The notes under the pieces are model-generated. The model ran no database searches. It was not told where the DNA came from and worked only from the letters and a program-made list of their open reading frames with translations. Shown piece after piece: positions 42,843 through 56,803 of a stretch of DNA of 64,000 bases (its first letter is position 1; the number at the start of each line of letters is the position of its first letter). The stretch covers positions 992,001 to 1,056,000 of the forward strand of contig CM022678.1 of assembly GCA_012295275.1 (NCBI GenBank), written 5' to 3'. This stretch comes from Chrysomallon squamiferum (taxonomy: Eukaryota > Animalia > Mollusca). The translations under genes and the position numbers were made by a program.

Positions 42843-44879
42843 GCAACAAACACAATAAAAATAAATCATTATTAATAGAAAATAATTTCTGGAAGGAAAC
42901 AATCATCAAGACAGGCAAAATAAATACAAGATATTTATACAAGACAATCACTCAGTGTAAGTCCAATATATTCCTCAAAATTGTTTTTAATAAAAATAAC
43001 TAATCACCAAATAAATAAAAAAATAAATAAATTAATTAATTAATTAATAAAAAAAAAAAAATCTTGTTTGATACAACTTATTGAAAAATAAAATAAAGAT
43101 AGTATTAAAATTTTATCTCAAATTAAATCAGTTTAAATCCACACTTACAGTTCAGTGTCAAAGAGATAAATGTAAACATTAGCCAAAAATGTTTCTAATT
43201 TAAAATCACATTTATTTTATTAATTATTCACTATTTCACTAGTATTAAATAAATATTCATACTTAAAACTTACATTTACTTTATTATTCACTATTTTGTA
43301 ATTATTAAAGCTATATGTAAAAGCTGTCAGATCAGTGAATATTTACATTTTCTTTATAAATTTTGTTACTATTTTCTAATGATAATTTAGTGAAATGTAA
43401 ACATTATATGAATGTATCTTCTAATTAATAAGAGAAAAATGCACATATTTTCTTTTGTATGACAATAACAGTAAAAATTAGACTATAATACATTATAAAT
43501 CAAAAATTATAAACATAATAAAAATTTAGTACCACAGAACAATTTATTAAAAAAATAATCTATCTCTCACATACATGTGTAAGTGTGTTTGTATATTTTA
43601 CATATATATATATATATATATTAAAAATTACAGTTTATTTTACCATGTAAATTTATATATTAAAAACATGAATAGAAATATTTTGTAAAACAAAAATGTA
43701 TACAAACTCCAAATGAAAATCCAAGTTTACTTAGTACAAATATATTAAAAGTTGATTTAGTATTACAGAACTATTGTGTAAAGAAGAAAACAAAAACACT
43801 TTTACACTACATTACTATACTACTTTTCTTAATATAAACATAGTAAAATATTTAGTAATGCAAAATAATTTTGTCAATTAAAAAATATACATTAAATATT
43901 CTGCACTCTACTTTAAAACACAACTTTAATTCTGACATCCTATTTAACATATATTTTCATACATAAACAATCTAACAGCAAAACAAGTAATAATCAAATC
44001 ATCATGAATAATATAACAAATCTGATTTAAAAACTGCCTGACTTTTCACTTTCTGAATAACCTGATCAAAATTTAACATCAGTATTTCTGTTGTTTTATT
44101 ATTGCTGGGCAACCAAACATTTCTTAACATCTTTTTCATGGAATTGTGCAATAAATACACCTAAACTCTTTCAATGAAATTAAAAATGAAGTGAAATTTT
44201 CATAAAGCCACAGGTATTATAATAGTTCTTGTTATGTTCAATACAATAGAGAATAAAAAATGCTTAAAGATGCAGCAGCTATAAAATATGTTAACAACGT
44301 TTGTATAGAAACACAAACTACACAATATATGAATACAATATTTGAACAGAAACAGCAGAGTGCACAGTACAGTAATGGAATATCTGAATAGAAACAATTT
44401 ACAGAATCTAGATATACACCAGACTACACAGCAATATAGTTACACAAATTTACACTGTATTTAATTCTTCATCACAATCAATTAGTTCACAGATCTTATT
44501 TTGAAAATCTGGTCTGGCTCATGTATCAATAATTATACTTTTGAATTGAAAAATTAAAACTGTACACAGTATTTAACATAATTAAATACACTGATACAAC
44601 ATTACATTAAAAATGTGCACAAATGAAGCAGCTCAAACTGAAACTACATCAGAAATCACTGTATTTCAGGATGAAGTATAACATTAAGATCAACTTTGTA
44701 CCGTAGAAATTACAAGCAGAATTTAGATTATTGTGTTTATTATGAACATGAGTTTTATATAAAAATACTATTTCTGAACAACTTCAAAATGATCTCACTA
44801 GCTGATCGTTCATTTAAAGTGATAGTCTGTGTACATAATGTACTAATCCAAAAAGTTCAGTTTCATATCAAAATTTAGT

Positions 44880-47800
44880 TTAGTTACTATCTTTAGCTGC
44901 ATGCTCCAATAAAAAGGAAACAGTTTCATTTCTATCACAATAATGTCTGTATCTCTTAGCTATTTCAAGAGGAGTTTCACCTAGGCCATTTTTAACATTT
45001 ACATCAGCACCTTTTTCAATCAGTGCTGTCACAATTTCTACATTTCCATGTTTAGCTGCTAAGTGTAAAACAGAATTGTTATCATTGTCTGTTAAATTAG
45101 GATCAGCTCCATGTTCCAGTAAAACCAAAGCTATGACTGTCTTAGAGGGACCAGGTTTTAAAATAAAAAAAAATAATGTAAACTTAACAGCTCAAAAAGA
45201 GGAGTTTCACCTTTTCTGTTCTTAACATTTTTTTTTCATTGTATTTCAGAAAATGTAAAAAGAGGAGTTTCACCTTTTGTAATGTTCTTAAAAGAGGATT
45301 TCACCTTGCATGTTCTTAGCATTTACATCAACACCTTTTCAATCAGTGCTGTCACAATTTCTACATTTCCATGTTCAGCTGCTAAGTGTAAAACAGAATT
45401 GTTATCATTGTCTGTTAAATTAGGATCAGCTCCATGTTCCAGTAAAACAAAAAATATTTTGTAATGGGACACAGTTTCTAAAAATCAAATTTAAATTTCA
45501 GAAATGTAAAAAGAGGAGTTTCACCTTGCATGTTCCTTATATTTACATCAACACCTTTTTCAATCAGTGCTGTCACAATTTCTACATTTCCATGTTCAGC
45601 TGCTAAGTGTAAAACAGAATTGTTATCATTGTCTGTTAAATTAGGATCAGCTCCATGTTCCAGTAAAACCAAAGCTATTTTTGTCTTAGAGGACACAGGT
45701 GTTTTAAAAAAAAAAAAATTTTTTGTATTTTACAGAATGTAAAAAGAGGAGTTTCACCTTTTCATGTTCTTAACATTTACATCAACACCTTTTTCAATCA
45801 GTGCTGTCACAATTTCTACATTTCCATGTTGAGCTGCTAAATGTAAAACAGAATTGTTATCATTGTCTGTTAAATTAGGATCAGCTCCATGTTCCAGTAA
45901 AACCAAACCTATGTTTGTCTTAGAGGACACAGGTGGATCTTTATTGTATTTCAGAAATGTAAAAAGAGGAGTTTCACCTTTTCTGTTCTTAACATTTACA
46001 TCAACACCTTTTTCAATCAGTGCTGTCACAATTTCTACATTTCCATGTTTAGCTGCTAAGTGTAAAACAGAATTGTTATCATTGTCTGTTAAATTAGGAT
46101 CAGCTCCATGTTTTAGTAAAATCACAAAATATTTTGTAATTAGAGGACACAGGTGGATCGTTAAACTTAACAAATGAAAAAAAAGGAGTTTCACCTTGCA
46201 TGTTCCTTAACATTTACATCAACACCTTTTTTTCAATCAGTGCTCTCACAATTTCTACATTTCCATGTTCAGCTGCTAAATGTAAAACAGAATTGTTATC
46301 ATTGTCTGTTAAATTAGGATCAGCTCCATGTTCCAGTAAAACCAAAGCTATGTTTCTCTTAAAGGACAGAGGTGGATCTTCTAAAAAAATTTTTTGTATT
46401 TCAAAAATGTAAAAGAGGAGTTTCACCTTTTCCACCTTTTCTTAACATTTACATCAACACCTTTTTCAATCAGTGCTGTCACAATTTCTACATTTCCATG
46501 TTTAGCTGCTAAGTGTAAAACAGAATTGTTATCATTGTCTGTTAAATTAGGATCAGCTCCATGTTTTAGTAAAATCAAAAATATGTTTGTCTTAGAGGAC
46601 ACAGCTAATTTTCAAAATAAATTTATTATATTTCAGAAATGAAAAAAAAGAGGAGTTTCACCTTTTCATGTTCTTAACATTTACATCAACACCTTTTTCA
46701 ATCAGTGCTGTCACAATTTCTACATTTCCATGTTTAGCTGCTAAGTGTAAAACAGAATTGTTATCATTGTCTGTTAAATTAAGATCAGCTCCATGTTCCA
46801 GTAAAACCAAACCTGTGTTTGTGTTAGAGGTCCTAGATGGATGTTCAAAAAATGAAATTTATTGTATTTCAGAAATGTAAAAAGAGGAGTTTCACCTTTT
46901 CTGTTCTTAACATTTACATCAACACCTTTTTCAATCAGTGCTGTCACAATTTCTACATTTCCATATTTAGCTGCTAAGTGTAAAACAGAATTGTTATCAT
47001 TGTCTGTTAAATTAAGATCAGCTCCATGTTCCAGTAAAACCAAAGCTATGTTTGTCAGAGGACACAGGTCGACCTAATAAAAAAAACACATTCATTTGTA
47101 TTTCAGAAATGTAAAAAAGAGGAGTTTCACCTTCTCTGTTCTTAACATTTACATCAACACCTTTTTCAATCAGTGCTGTCACAATTTCTACATTTCCATG
47201 TTCAGCTGCTAAGTGTAAAACAGAATTGTTATCATTGTCTGTTAAATTAGGATCAGCTCCATGTTCCAGTAAAACCAAAGCTATGTTTGTCTTAGAGGAC
47301 ACAGGTGGATCTTCTAAAAAATCAAATTCATTGTATTTCAGAAATGTAAAAAGAGGAGTTTCACCTTTCATGTTCTTAACATTTACATCAACACCTTTTT
47401 CAATCAGTGCTGTCACAATTTCTACATTTCCATGTTTAGCTGCTAAGTGTAAAACAGAATTGTTATCATTGTCTCTTAAATTAGGATCAGCTCCTTGTTT
47501 TAGTAAATACAAAAATATTTTGTTGAATGACTCAAACATTTACTTTCAGTCAAAAGAGGAGTTTCACCTTTTGTTCAACATTTACATCAACACCTTTTTC
47601 AATCAGTGCTTTCACAATTTCTACATTTCCATGTTTAGCTGCTAAGTGTAAAACAGAATTGTTATCATTGTCTGTTAAATTAGGATCAGCTCCATGTTCC
47701 AGTAAAACCAAAGCTATGTTTGTCTTAGAGGACACAGGTGGATCTTGTAAAAAATGAAATTTATTGTATTTCAGAAATGTAAAAAGAGGAGTTTCACCTT

Positions 47801-50800
47801 TTCTGTTCTTAACATTTACATCAACACCTTTTTCAATCAGTGCTGTCACAATTTCTACATTTCCATGTTTAGCTGCTAAGTGTAAAACAGAATTGTTATC
47901 ATTGTCTGTTAAATTAGGATCAGCTCCATGTTTTTAGTAAAACCAAAAATATTTTGTCTTTACAGAGGACACAGGTGATGTTCTAAAAAATCAAAAAAGA
48001 GGCGTTCAAATCAAAACCTGTAAAAGAGGAGTTTCACCTTTTCATGTTCTTAACATTTACATCAACACCTTTTTCAATCAGTGCTGTCACAATTTCTACA
48101 TTTCCATGTTTAGCTGCTAAGTGTAAAGCAGAATTGTTATCATTGTCTGTTAAATTTGGATCAGCTCCATGTTCCAGTAAAACCAAAGCTATGTTTGTCT
48201 TAGAGGACACAGGTGGATCTTTTTATTGTCAATTCAAAATGTAAAAAAAGAGGAGTTTCACCTTTTCTGTTCTTAACATTTACATCAACACCTTTTTCAA
48301 TCAGTGCTGTCACAATTTCTACATTTCCATGTTTAGCTGCTAAGTGTAAAGCAGAATTGTTATCATTGTCTGTTAAATTTGGATCAGCTCCATGTTCCAG
48401 TAAAACCAAAGCTATGTTTGTCTTAGAGGACACAGGTGAATCTTTATTGTATTTCAGAAATGTAAAAAGAGGAGTTTCACTTTTTCTGTTCTTAACATTT
48501 ACATCAACACCTTTTTCAATCAGTGCTTTCACAATTTCTACATTTCTATGTTCAGCTGCTAAGTGTAAAGCAGAATCACTATAATTGTGTGTTAAATGAG
48601 GATCAGCTCCTTGGTTTAGTAAATATAAAGCTATTTCTGGCCTGTGACACATCAAAGATACATGAAGAGGAGTTTTCTGTTCAATGTTAAATGCGTTTAT
48701 TTCAGCACCCGTTTTAGTTACTTCTTTCACAACATCTATGCCAATTTTAGAGGCTATGTGCAATGCTGAATTCTTGTAGTAATCTGTTATATTGGTATCA
48801 GCACCATTTTTCAGTAACAACAAAGCTACTTCCTTTCTGCGTGTCACTGCATTTGCAGCTTCATGAAGTGGAGTTTTTCCCTCACTGTTTACTGCATTGA
48901 CATCAGCATTTCTCTTTATTAGTGATTTTATCATATCTAAGTCACCACGCAGAACTGAAATGTGGAGGGGTGTGTCTGAAGGCAACAATTTGAAACTAAT
49001 TTTGACATTTTTCAACATTTGAAAAATCAACTGAATCAATTTCTGATTAACAGCTACATTCACATTAGGATCAGCTCCTTTATCAAGAAGACACTGAACA
49101 ACATCTGCACTGTTAAACATCACTGCCACTTTCAGTACTTGACTTTTCTTCCAGTTCTCATCTCCATCATTACATCTCTGCTCAATGAGAAAATTCACTG
49201 TATCAGTGGCTCCCCATACTGCTGCTGCTAAAAGTACTTTATCTCTGTTCTCATCATTTAAACAATCAGGTTTCAGTTTTACTATTTCTTTTATAACACC
49301 TGAATTACTCTGACAAGCAGCAATAATAGCAATGTGTTTAATTTTGTTTATTATATCAATGGTAACCAGTTTTTTAAAAAGATGGCTTACATCAACAACT
49401 TCAGAAGTCTTTGACTTCCCAAAATGCCATTTTCTTGAATCAAGTCTTACTTGTCTATGGAACCTAACCAATAACAGTTTAATGGCTTTTTCCTTGATTT
49501 CACTGTTGTGTTTCTCATTATTTATCAATTCAGCTAACAAACATGCAATCTGCATATTACCTGAACAGATAGAAGCATGTAAGAGATCTGAATAGTCATT
49601 CAATTTTATCTCTGTTTCACACTGTAACAGTTCTTTGAATATGGTAGCACTGTCTCTTTTTGAACAAGCAGCTACCCGCAATGTATCAAATGCTGGAATA
49701 ACACCTGATTTTAGCAACATTCTCACAACATCTTCATCACCAAACAAACAAGAAATATTCAAAAGTTCTTTTTTCAGATTTGTTAATTTCATTTTACACA
49801 CATATTCAGTGAAAAATCGTGACAATGTTCTTAATCCCTTCACAATACACTCACTTTGAACAGATGAATTTTCAGAATATGTTTTAGTGCTCAAATACAT
49901 GATAATATAACACTCTGAATAACTTTCAAGAAGACATGAAATATTGCTAAATATTTTATCAAGATTGTCTACATTTACAGGTGATATGCACAAATATTCA
50001 TGTTGCTCTTTATGTAGTTGTTGATGCAGTATTTCAGACAATTTATCATTAAAGTATTTTTTCTCTATGAGATACTTTACAAACACTTCGTCTTTTAATG
50101 ATGGATGTGAAATAATGTCTTCGGCATTGCTTGATGCCAACAAGTCAGTAAATCTCCGAGCAAGAACATCAAAGCAGGTAGGTTCCACAGTCATTGTAAT
50201 GTGACTTTTGTTAGACACTCCAGGCGTCACAACATATTCTAACAACATGGAGACAGGACACATTTCTAGCAACTCTGCTGCTTTGTTTGGAAACTCTGAT
50301 GAAAACATCAGAAACAATGAGTCAAACACTGACTGGTGAATAAATGTGTATTTATTGTCAGAACACTTCAAATAGGTACCACACATTTCATCAGCTGTTT
50401 TCTTTATATCTGTGAGACCAGTGTTTTTCAGACTCAGACAGACTTGCTCCAGCAGTCTTACTAATTTCATTATGTCACTGTCAGAGTCATTTTCAAATGG
50501 GTCCAGTAAATCAATGCTGAGAATGCCTTGTTGAAACAAGATCAGCAGTAGAACAAGGTAATTGATCTGTGAAGATTTATCATTTTTCAAATGTTCCAGT
50601 TGTTCTCTGAGATATTCTACAGGTTTGTGAAAAAACTTAACTCCTCTTTTTTGTGCGTCAGTTGAATTAACATAATATACACAGACCTGAGGAAATCCTA
50701 ACTCTGTACATGAGCAGGAAATGACAGTCTGTTTATCATGTTCATCCATTCTAACATTCTTTTGTTCGAGATACTTGTTTAGAATGTCTAGCTTCTCATC

Positions 50801-51595
50801 ATCACTCAGACAACATACATAGCTCTGCAGGTCAAGGAGATGATTTTCATTGAACAGATCAAATTCCTTCAGATTGGCTATAATTTCTGTAAATATTTGT
50901 TTTCTTAAAGTAATAATACATCTCACACACTTGTCTTTAACAAGACTCCACACCTCTGGAAATAGCTGTTTCCAGCACGACACAAAATCTAATACAAGAT
51001 TAGTTTTACCAAATATGTCATCAATGAGAACAATGCATGGCTTGTCTTTAGACACAGGAATGTGTTTGAAATCAGAATGATGAGTCACGATGTAAGAGTC
51101 TATTTTTTCTTTTTGCTCTATCTGTTTAACCATGTTCAGACCTAGAGTTGTCTTTCCTGAACCTGGACATCCTACTACAATCACAACACCATTCTTTTTC
51201 AAAAGTGTTACTCCTCTTTCTTCTGCTCTTGTTTCAACATAGACTCTCCAGTCAACTGAGTTTAACTGTGACCTGGTAGACTCTGTATCACAACATTAAA
51301 ACAAATAATATCTATTATTAACATATTTCAAATATAATTTATAATTTAAATATAGATAATATAATTTTAACTAGTCATCAGATGTGAAGTTTTTAAAATA
51401 AAGCAGCAGATTTTTGTCATAATTTTAGTTCATCAGAATTTAATTACCATAGTATGATATCAGTTTTAGATGGTGTAAAAATAACATAATGATTATCTTC
51501 TTATAAATTAACATCTTACAGAAGTAAAAAAACAACAACAAAAAAAATAAATAAAAAAATACCTTTCATATGGGATGTTTGTCCATCAGTCTTTG
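44880..51595 (-). CDS. NLR-like nSTAND3-type P-loop NTPase plus long ankyrin repeat array (copy A); array frameshifted in this assembly
   Basis: The large exon starts at 51282 (phase-1 CAG acceptor): YVETRA, Walker [10 protein letters not shown], Walker [11 protein letters not shown], winged-helix-type [10 protein letters not shown], a helical linker, then ankyrins (TPLH/SALHLAA). About 16 GADPNL double-ankyrin modules run to the stop at 44880, with multiple frameshifts in 45130-48250. An upstream 33-nt phase-1 microexon lies at 51563-51595 ([10 protein letters not shown]). No start codon was identified. Confidence 0.85.
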
Positions 51596-51820
51596 CTGAA
51601 ATAATATAAAAATAAAACAAGTAAGTTTATATTACTGATGATGAGTAAAAGAAAAAGATTAACGTGATCTGTACAGTTACTCTATACTTCATTCATGGAA
51701 CAGTCAACATATAACATTATTATTATATCTTTCTGATTTATTTTACTATAATTATTACTACTAGTATTAAAACTACTGCTGTTGTTTTTTCTCACTATTG
51801 TTACTTAGTTATTGTGTTCA

Positions 51821-51856
<36 letters not shown>

Positions 51857-51969
51857 GTTCTTTACTGTTTTTTCAGTAGTTGCAAGTGAAAATAATGACA
51901 TATATTGGCTTGATTAATGTATGCTGAATTCTCTTAATAAGAAAATCTAGATAAGATTGATGGCACTTA

Positions 51970-52026
<57 letters not shown>

Positions 52027-52367
52027 GGGTGGGACGTCATAAGCACATATGTCAAAAGTGCGCCAACAAAACTGCGCTGGCGTAACATTTGTTATTATTA
52101 TTGTTATTTTAATTATTATTTTACAAACATTAACAAATCATAAACTTCAAACATTTAGTTCCAAATTATAAGCACTCCTAGGTAGTCCATGACTTCAGTT
52201 TCTTCAAATTGTCCAACGAGTGTTAGGAAGGCAGCTTTGGATCTCACAGATTTGGGAAATTTTTAAATTACTGATTGGCCAGCATTAACATGTGTTATGA
52301 CATTTTCCATATGGAACTGTTCTAATCTGATTGCTTCAGGATTAAATTGTTCAATTTCACAACTTAC

Positions 52368-52403
52368 AAGCATTATTTCTCAGATCCATATGTAGATCAT
52401 ACA
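52368..52403 (-). other. Candidate additional 36-nt phase-1 microexon of copy A
   Basis: gtgtgcag acceptor, GTAAGT donor and open frame YDLHMDLRNNA, compatible with exon 51563-51595. Confidence 0.3.
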
Positions 52404-52859
52404 CTGCACACAGTATGAATAAAATGTGTCATTTGTTAGTATTATTGAATAAAACATGTATGTATGTATTGTCTATGTTTGTTTTTGAATATTGAATCAG
52501 GCAGACAAAAGAAAATATTCCATTTTATTGACTTTAAAACATGCATAAAAGTTGTACATAAAGGACAACAGAAAAAAGTGACAATTTTATAAGATCAGTT
52601 TCAAAAAACAAAGGTGAGAAAAAAAATGTCTAACTGCAGATAATAGTGTAATAAGTCAGTGTAACGATAAACAATATAATCGTGTCACATTCAGTTTTCT
52701 GCAACGTTTAATAACTAAGACTACAATTCTATGCTGATGGTAACTACCCCTATGTATTTCTGTATTTTTCTGTTTTTTTAAGCAAGTGGAAAGATTATTT
52801 TATACTTACTATTTTTTAAATATCGATTGTCTATTTTATATTTATAATGTTATTTTCAG

Positions 52860-55337
52860 GCATTTAAACATGTACAAGAAACAGGTAGAATACTTGGCGG
52901 ATAGAATTTTACAAATAGATACAAATTTACCAAAGTTTTGTTAATTCAATATAAAATGCATTTTAAAAATAGAAAAACAGTCAATGTTATTTTTAATGAT
53001 GAAAATACCACATCTGTGGAAGATTTAAGAGAAATCACTGATTCACTGTTATATTTTATTTCAGAAGTATATCTCACTTTGATAAATTTGATGATATTGC
53101 CGTCTTCGAAACGAGTGGGTGGTATTACCAAGATGATCTTCCAGAACAGGAACAATTTGACAGGAAAGTCGCAGCAGATACAATAGAAGATTTAGAAGAG
53201 AAACAACTTGGGTTGAAAGTAAAAGGAGATCTAAAACAGGTATAAAGGCAAAAACAGCTTGATGTCAAAATTAATAGAGTTCCGTCTCAAAAACAGCAGA
53301 AACAACTTGATATGAAGAGGAAAGCTTATCCAGTACAAGATGCACAGAAGAAAAAACTTGGCGTGAAAGTTACAGGAGATAGAGCACGAATTTCACAGGA
53401 AGAACAATTACGTGTAAAAGTCAAAGCAAATCCACATTAAGTTTCACAGCAGAAACAACTTGATGTCAAAGTGAAAGCAGATCCAGCACACGTTTCTCAG
53501 CAGAAACAACTTGATGTCAAAGTCAAAGCAGATACAGTACAAGTTTCACAGCAGAAACAACTTGATGTCAAAGTCAAAGCACATCCAGCTCAACTTTCAC
53601 AGCAGAAACAACTTGATGTGAATGACAGCCTTGAAATAATGAATTACAGCAACGAGATAGAAGGTCTGCTTTGCGAGAAATGTGTATGGAGTCACTGTGT
53701 AATACATTCAAATACCCACACACAAAGATATCTACATTACCAGTGGCAGATGGAGATTTGTGACAAATGGGTCAACTTTGACATAGTGGAGAATGAGATG
53801 ATCGAGCAGAGCTTTTGTAGTCTGATGTCAGACACAGGAAATATAGAGGTGAATTAAAAACAACCAGAAGCGATAAATGAACATGGAATAAAGTATAAGT
53901 TTTAATAACAGTGACATATGATAATGCAGTTTTACTTTTGTTTCAGAGTACATCCTTGAGAAGGTATTGGCCACCAGTTCAGTCCTCCTTGGATCCTGAT
54001 CTAACCAATGTCCTAAGTTTTTCTCTTTTTGAAAACGTATGTATTCAAAATATTTTGAAAAATAATAGTACATTATGACATCTCAGAAGATTTCCTCTCT
54101 TGTTTTACGTATACTCTTTTACTATTTTTATTACTTACTACTACACAACAATATGAAAACATGTTATGGGTTAATCGTATTACAATTCTACTATTACTTT
54201 TTTGTGCCACTAATTAAAATTTACATCTATATCTATAATCTACACTCGTATATATAGACAGATATACACACATTTTTTTTCATTTTCAAAGAATTTCTCT
54301 ATTGCATTTGCCAGTAACTTCATTCCAACTGTTGTTGATTTTCACTTAATGAGAGTTTTAGTTTGTTTGGAACAGGGAGTGGTTGATGTCAAAGTTCAGC
54401 GTCTCTCAACAGCATCGTATGTCACTGGACAAGAAGACAACTTCACACAGCTCACACAGTGGTGTTGGTATTTTGAGGCAGACTCTGGAAATTGGTTGCC
54501 TTATGAACCAGTGAATATTCATTTTATTTTATTGTTGAACTGCTTTCTTCTTAAACAACTTATTTGTTTTATTTTATTTTGTATTTGTTCTATTTATTTA
54601 TTTATTTATTTCCTTAATTCAAAAAAAAATAAAATAAAATAAAATAAAATAAAATAAAACACCTACAAAAACCAATATTATACGTAACAAAGATATATAA
54701 TATTTAAAGAAATGAAAATTTATAAAACATCAATTTAAAAAAAGTAAGAAGAAAGAAAGAAAGAGATGTCTAAAATGTTAGTGTTAATACCTATAACATT
54801 GTGTTTCTAATATATTAGTATTTATCAAATAAAAATAATCACATATCTCATTCATACATAGTCAAAGAACTACACGTCATGACACACACCTGAAATTACA
54901 TTACCTATAACATATATCATATGATATATCACATTACACGTTCTATAATATTATATAAAACAGCATATTGTGTTTATTTTAGGAAAGTCTGCAATATACT
55001 CTTGAACTGAAGTACTTGGCTGGGCAACCATTTTACAACTTTGAAACAGACAAATGTCAGTATGAAATAAATTTTAGGGAGATGACCCAAACAAATTTGA
55101 ATACATTAAAACAAAGACGACTGCTGAGGAGACCTGCTTTTGTTTCCAGTGATGATGTACAGAGACAAAAAAAAACAGTGTAAATAGGAAAACATTGTAC
55201 AAGAACGATAACTTTCGATTGCGATATTTTGCACCTCATTTTTACTTATTTTATATATTTTTTTCTCCTAACGTTTTAAAACCTTGTCTGTCGTTATCGT
55301 ATATCTTAATATCATACTTCATTTTTTTTAAACTGTT

Positions 55338-55413
<76 letters not shown>

Positions 55414-55684
55414 TTACTTATTTTTATTATATAATAAAATGCAGAGTTCATCGATGTCTTTCGTTCAAGAAGTTTCCACGTTCACCAACTCTCCCAGACA
55501 ACTGGTTCCCTCTAGACTGTTACCAACCAGTAGAACTGGTGAAACTAAAACTTGATGACTTGACCGAAGACGAGGAGGTGAAAACTGTGATAAAATAATT
55601 TTTCTCTACCATGAACAAATCGGAAGTCAAATTGAAATCTTTGTTTCGCATTCAGAATCTACCCATGTGGGAAAGGTACTGTAG
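52860..55684 (+). pseudogene. PARP12/TIPARP-like (Cys/His motif, WWE, WWE, PARP) mono-ADP-ribosyltransferase pseudogene, 3' truncated
   Basis: Exons 52860-53848, 53947-54036, 54376-54510, 54983-55177 and 55445-55684. Motifs LHYQWQ..WVNFD..NEMIEQSFC, VQRLSTAS..TQWCWYFEADSGNWLPYE, YEINFREMTQTNLNTLKQRRLLRRPAFVS, PRHW and LFRIQNLPMWERY (start of the PARP catalytic domain). In-frame TAA stops in exons 1 and 5; no further catalytic exons before the duplication breakpoint at about 55853. Confidence 0.8.
53200..53620 (+). repeat. 51-bp coding repeat (17 aa, SQQKQLDVKVKADPAHV) in exon 1 of the PARP-like gene
   Basis: cagcagaaacaacttgatgt recurs every 51 bp at about 53447-53620, with degenerate copies upstream. 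Confidence 0.85.
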
Positions 55685-55892
55685 GTAAGAGTCCACAATT
55701 TATGACGCTGTTTACATACAATTAAATAGCCTAAATACATTATGTATACTTCAAGATATGTTTTATTTATTTATTTATCATCATCATCAACATATTTTGT
55801 TTTATCCAATCTTAGTTCAAAAATAATTTATCTATGATTTATAGTGCCTCAAATTATTAAAAACAAGAACAGATATACCAGATATAACAGAT

Positions 55893-55931
<39 letters not shown>

Positions 55932-56751
55932 CTATATGAAAATTAGGATCTTTACTTTTGTGTACTAGAAGATATTTTCCTAAGCTTTTTTCTTTCTTTC
56001 TTTCTATTATTATTATTACTATATATAAAGTTGTATTTTTGTATTAATAAAATGAAAAGCACTGTAACTATTACACTAATATTACTGGAAATGACTTAAT
56101 TACACTTCAGCTGTTACTACTAGGTATGCAACAAATGGGATGTGTAACAAGTGATAGACAAACACCATTTGTTCATTTTCATCTATTAATTAAAGAAACA
56201 GTTAATTGATAGAAAAAATGTAAACTGAAGATTGAACTAAAGTTAGTTGATTCACAAAATAAAAATAGTAAAAACATTCTATCATGCAAATTAAATAAGA
56301 AAAAAAGAATCAGTGTAATTAAAAACATATACAAGTATTTGCTATTCAAACTGAATCAGCATATTCTAATGATTAAATACATAGAAGTAAGAATAAATAA
56401 ACATATTCCCAATTAATAATAATGATAATAATATAAATAAACAAATAAATATATAAATATATTTCTTTTGAAAAAAGAAAAAAGTCTTTCTCTTCTTATT
56501 CAGTGTATGAAGATAAAATAAATGTATGAAAAATATTAACTGAAAACAATAGCCAAGTATTATAAACAATACATATATCCCAAACAAAATAAATTGTATC
56601 AGTGTATTAAAAACAATACATAAACTGACACATTGCATACAGTTTATGTAATAGTGACATAAGCAGCAAAGGTTAGCACATTAGAAAATACTTTCTGTTT
56701 TGCATCACTGAAAAACAAACAAGTAAATTAAAAGTAAATCATTATAAAGCT

Positions 56752-56803
<52 letters not shown>

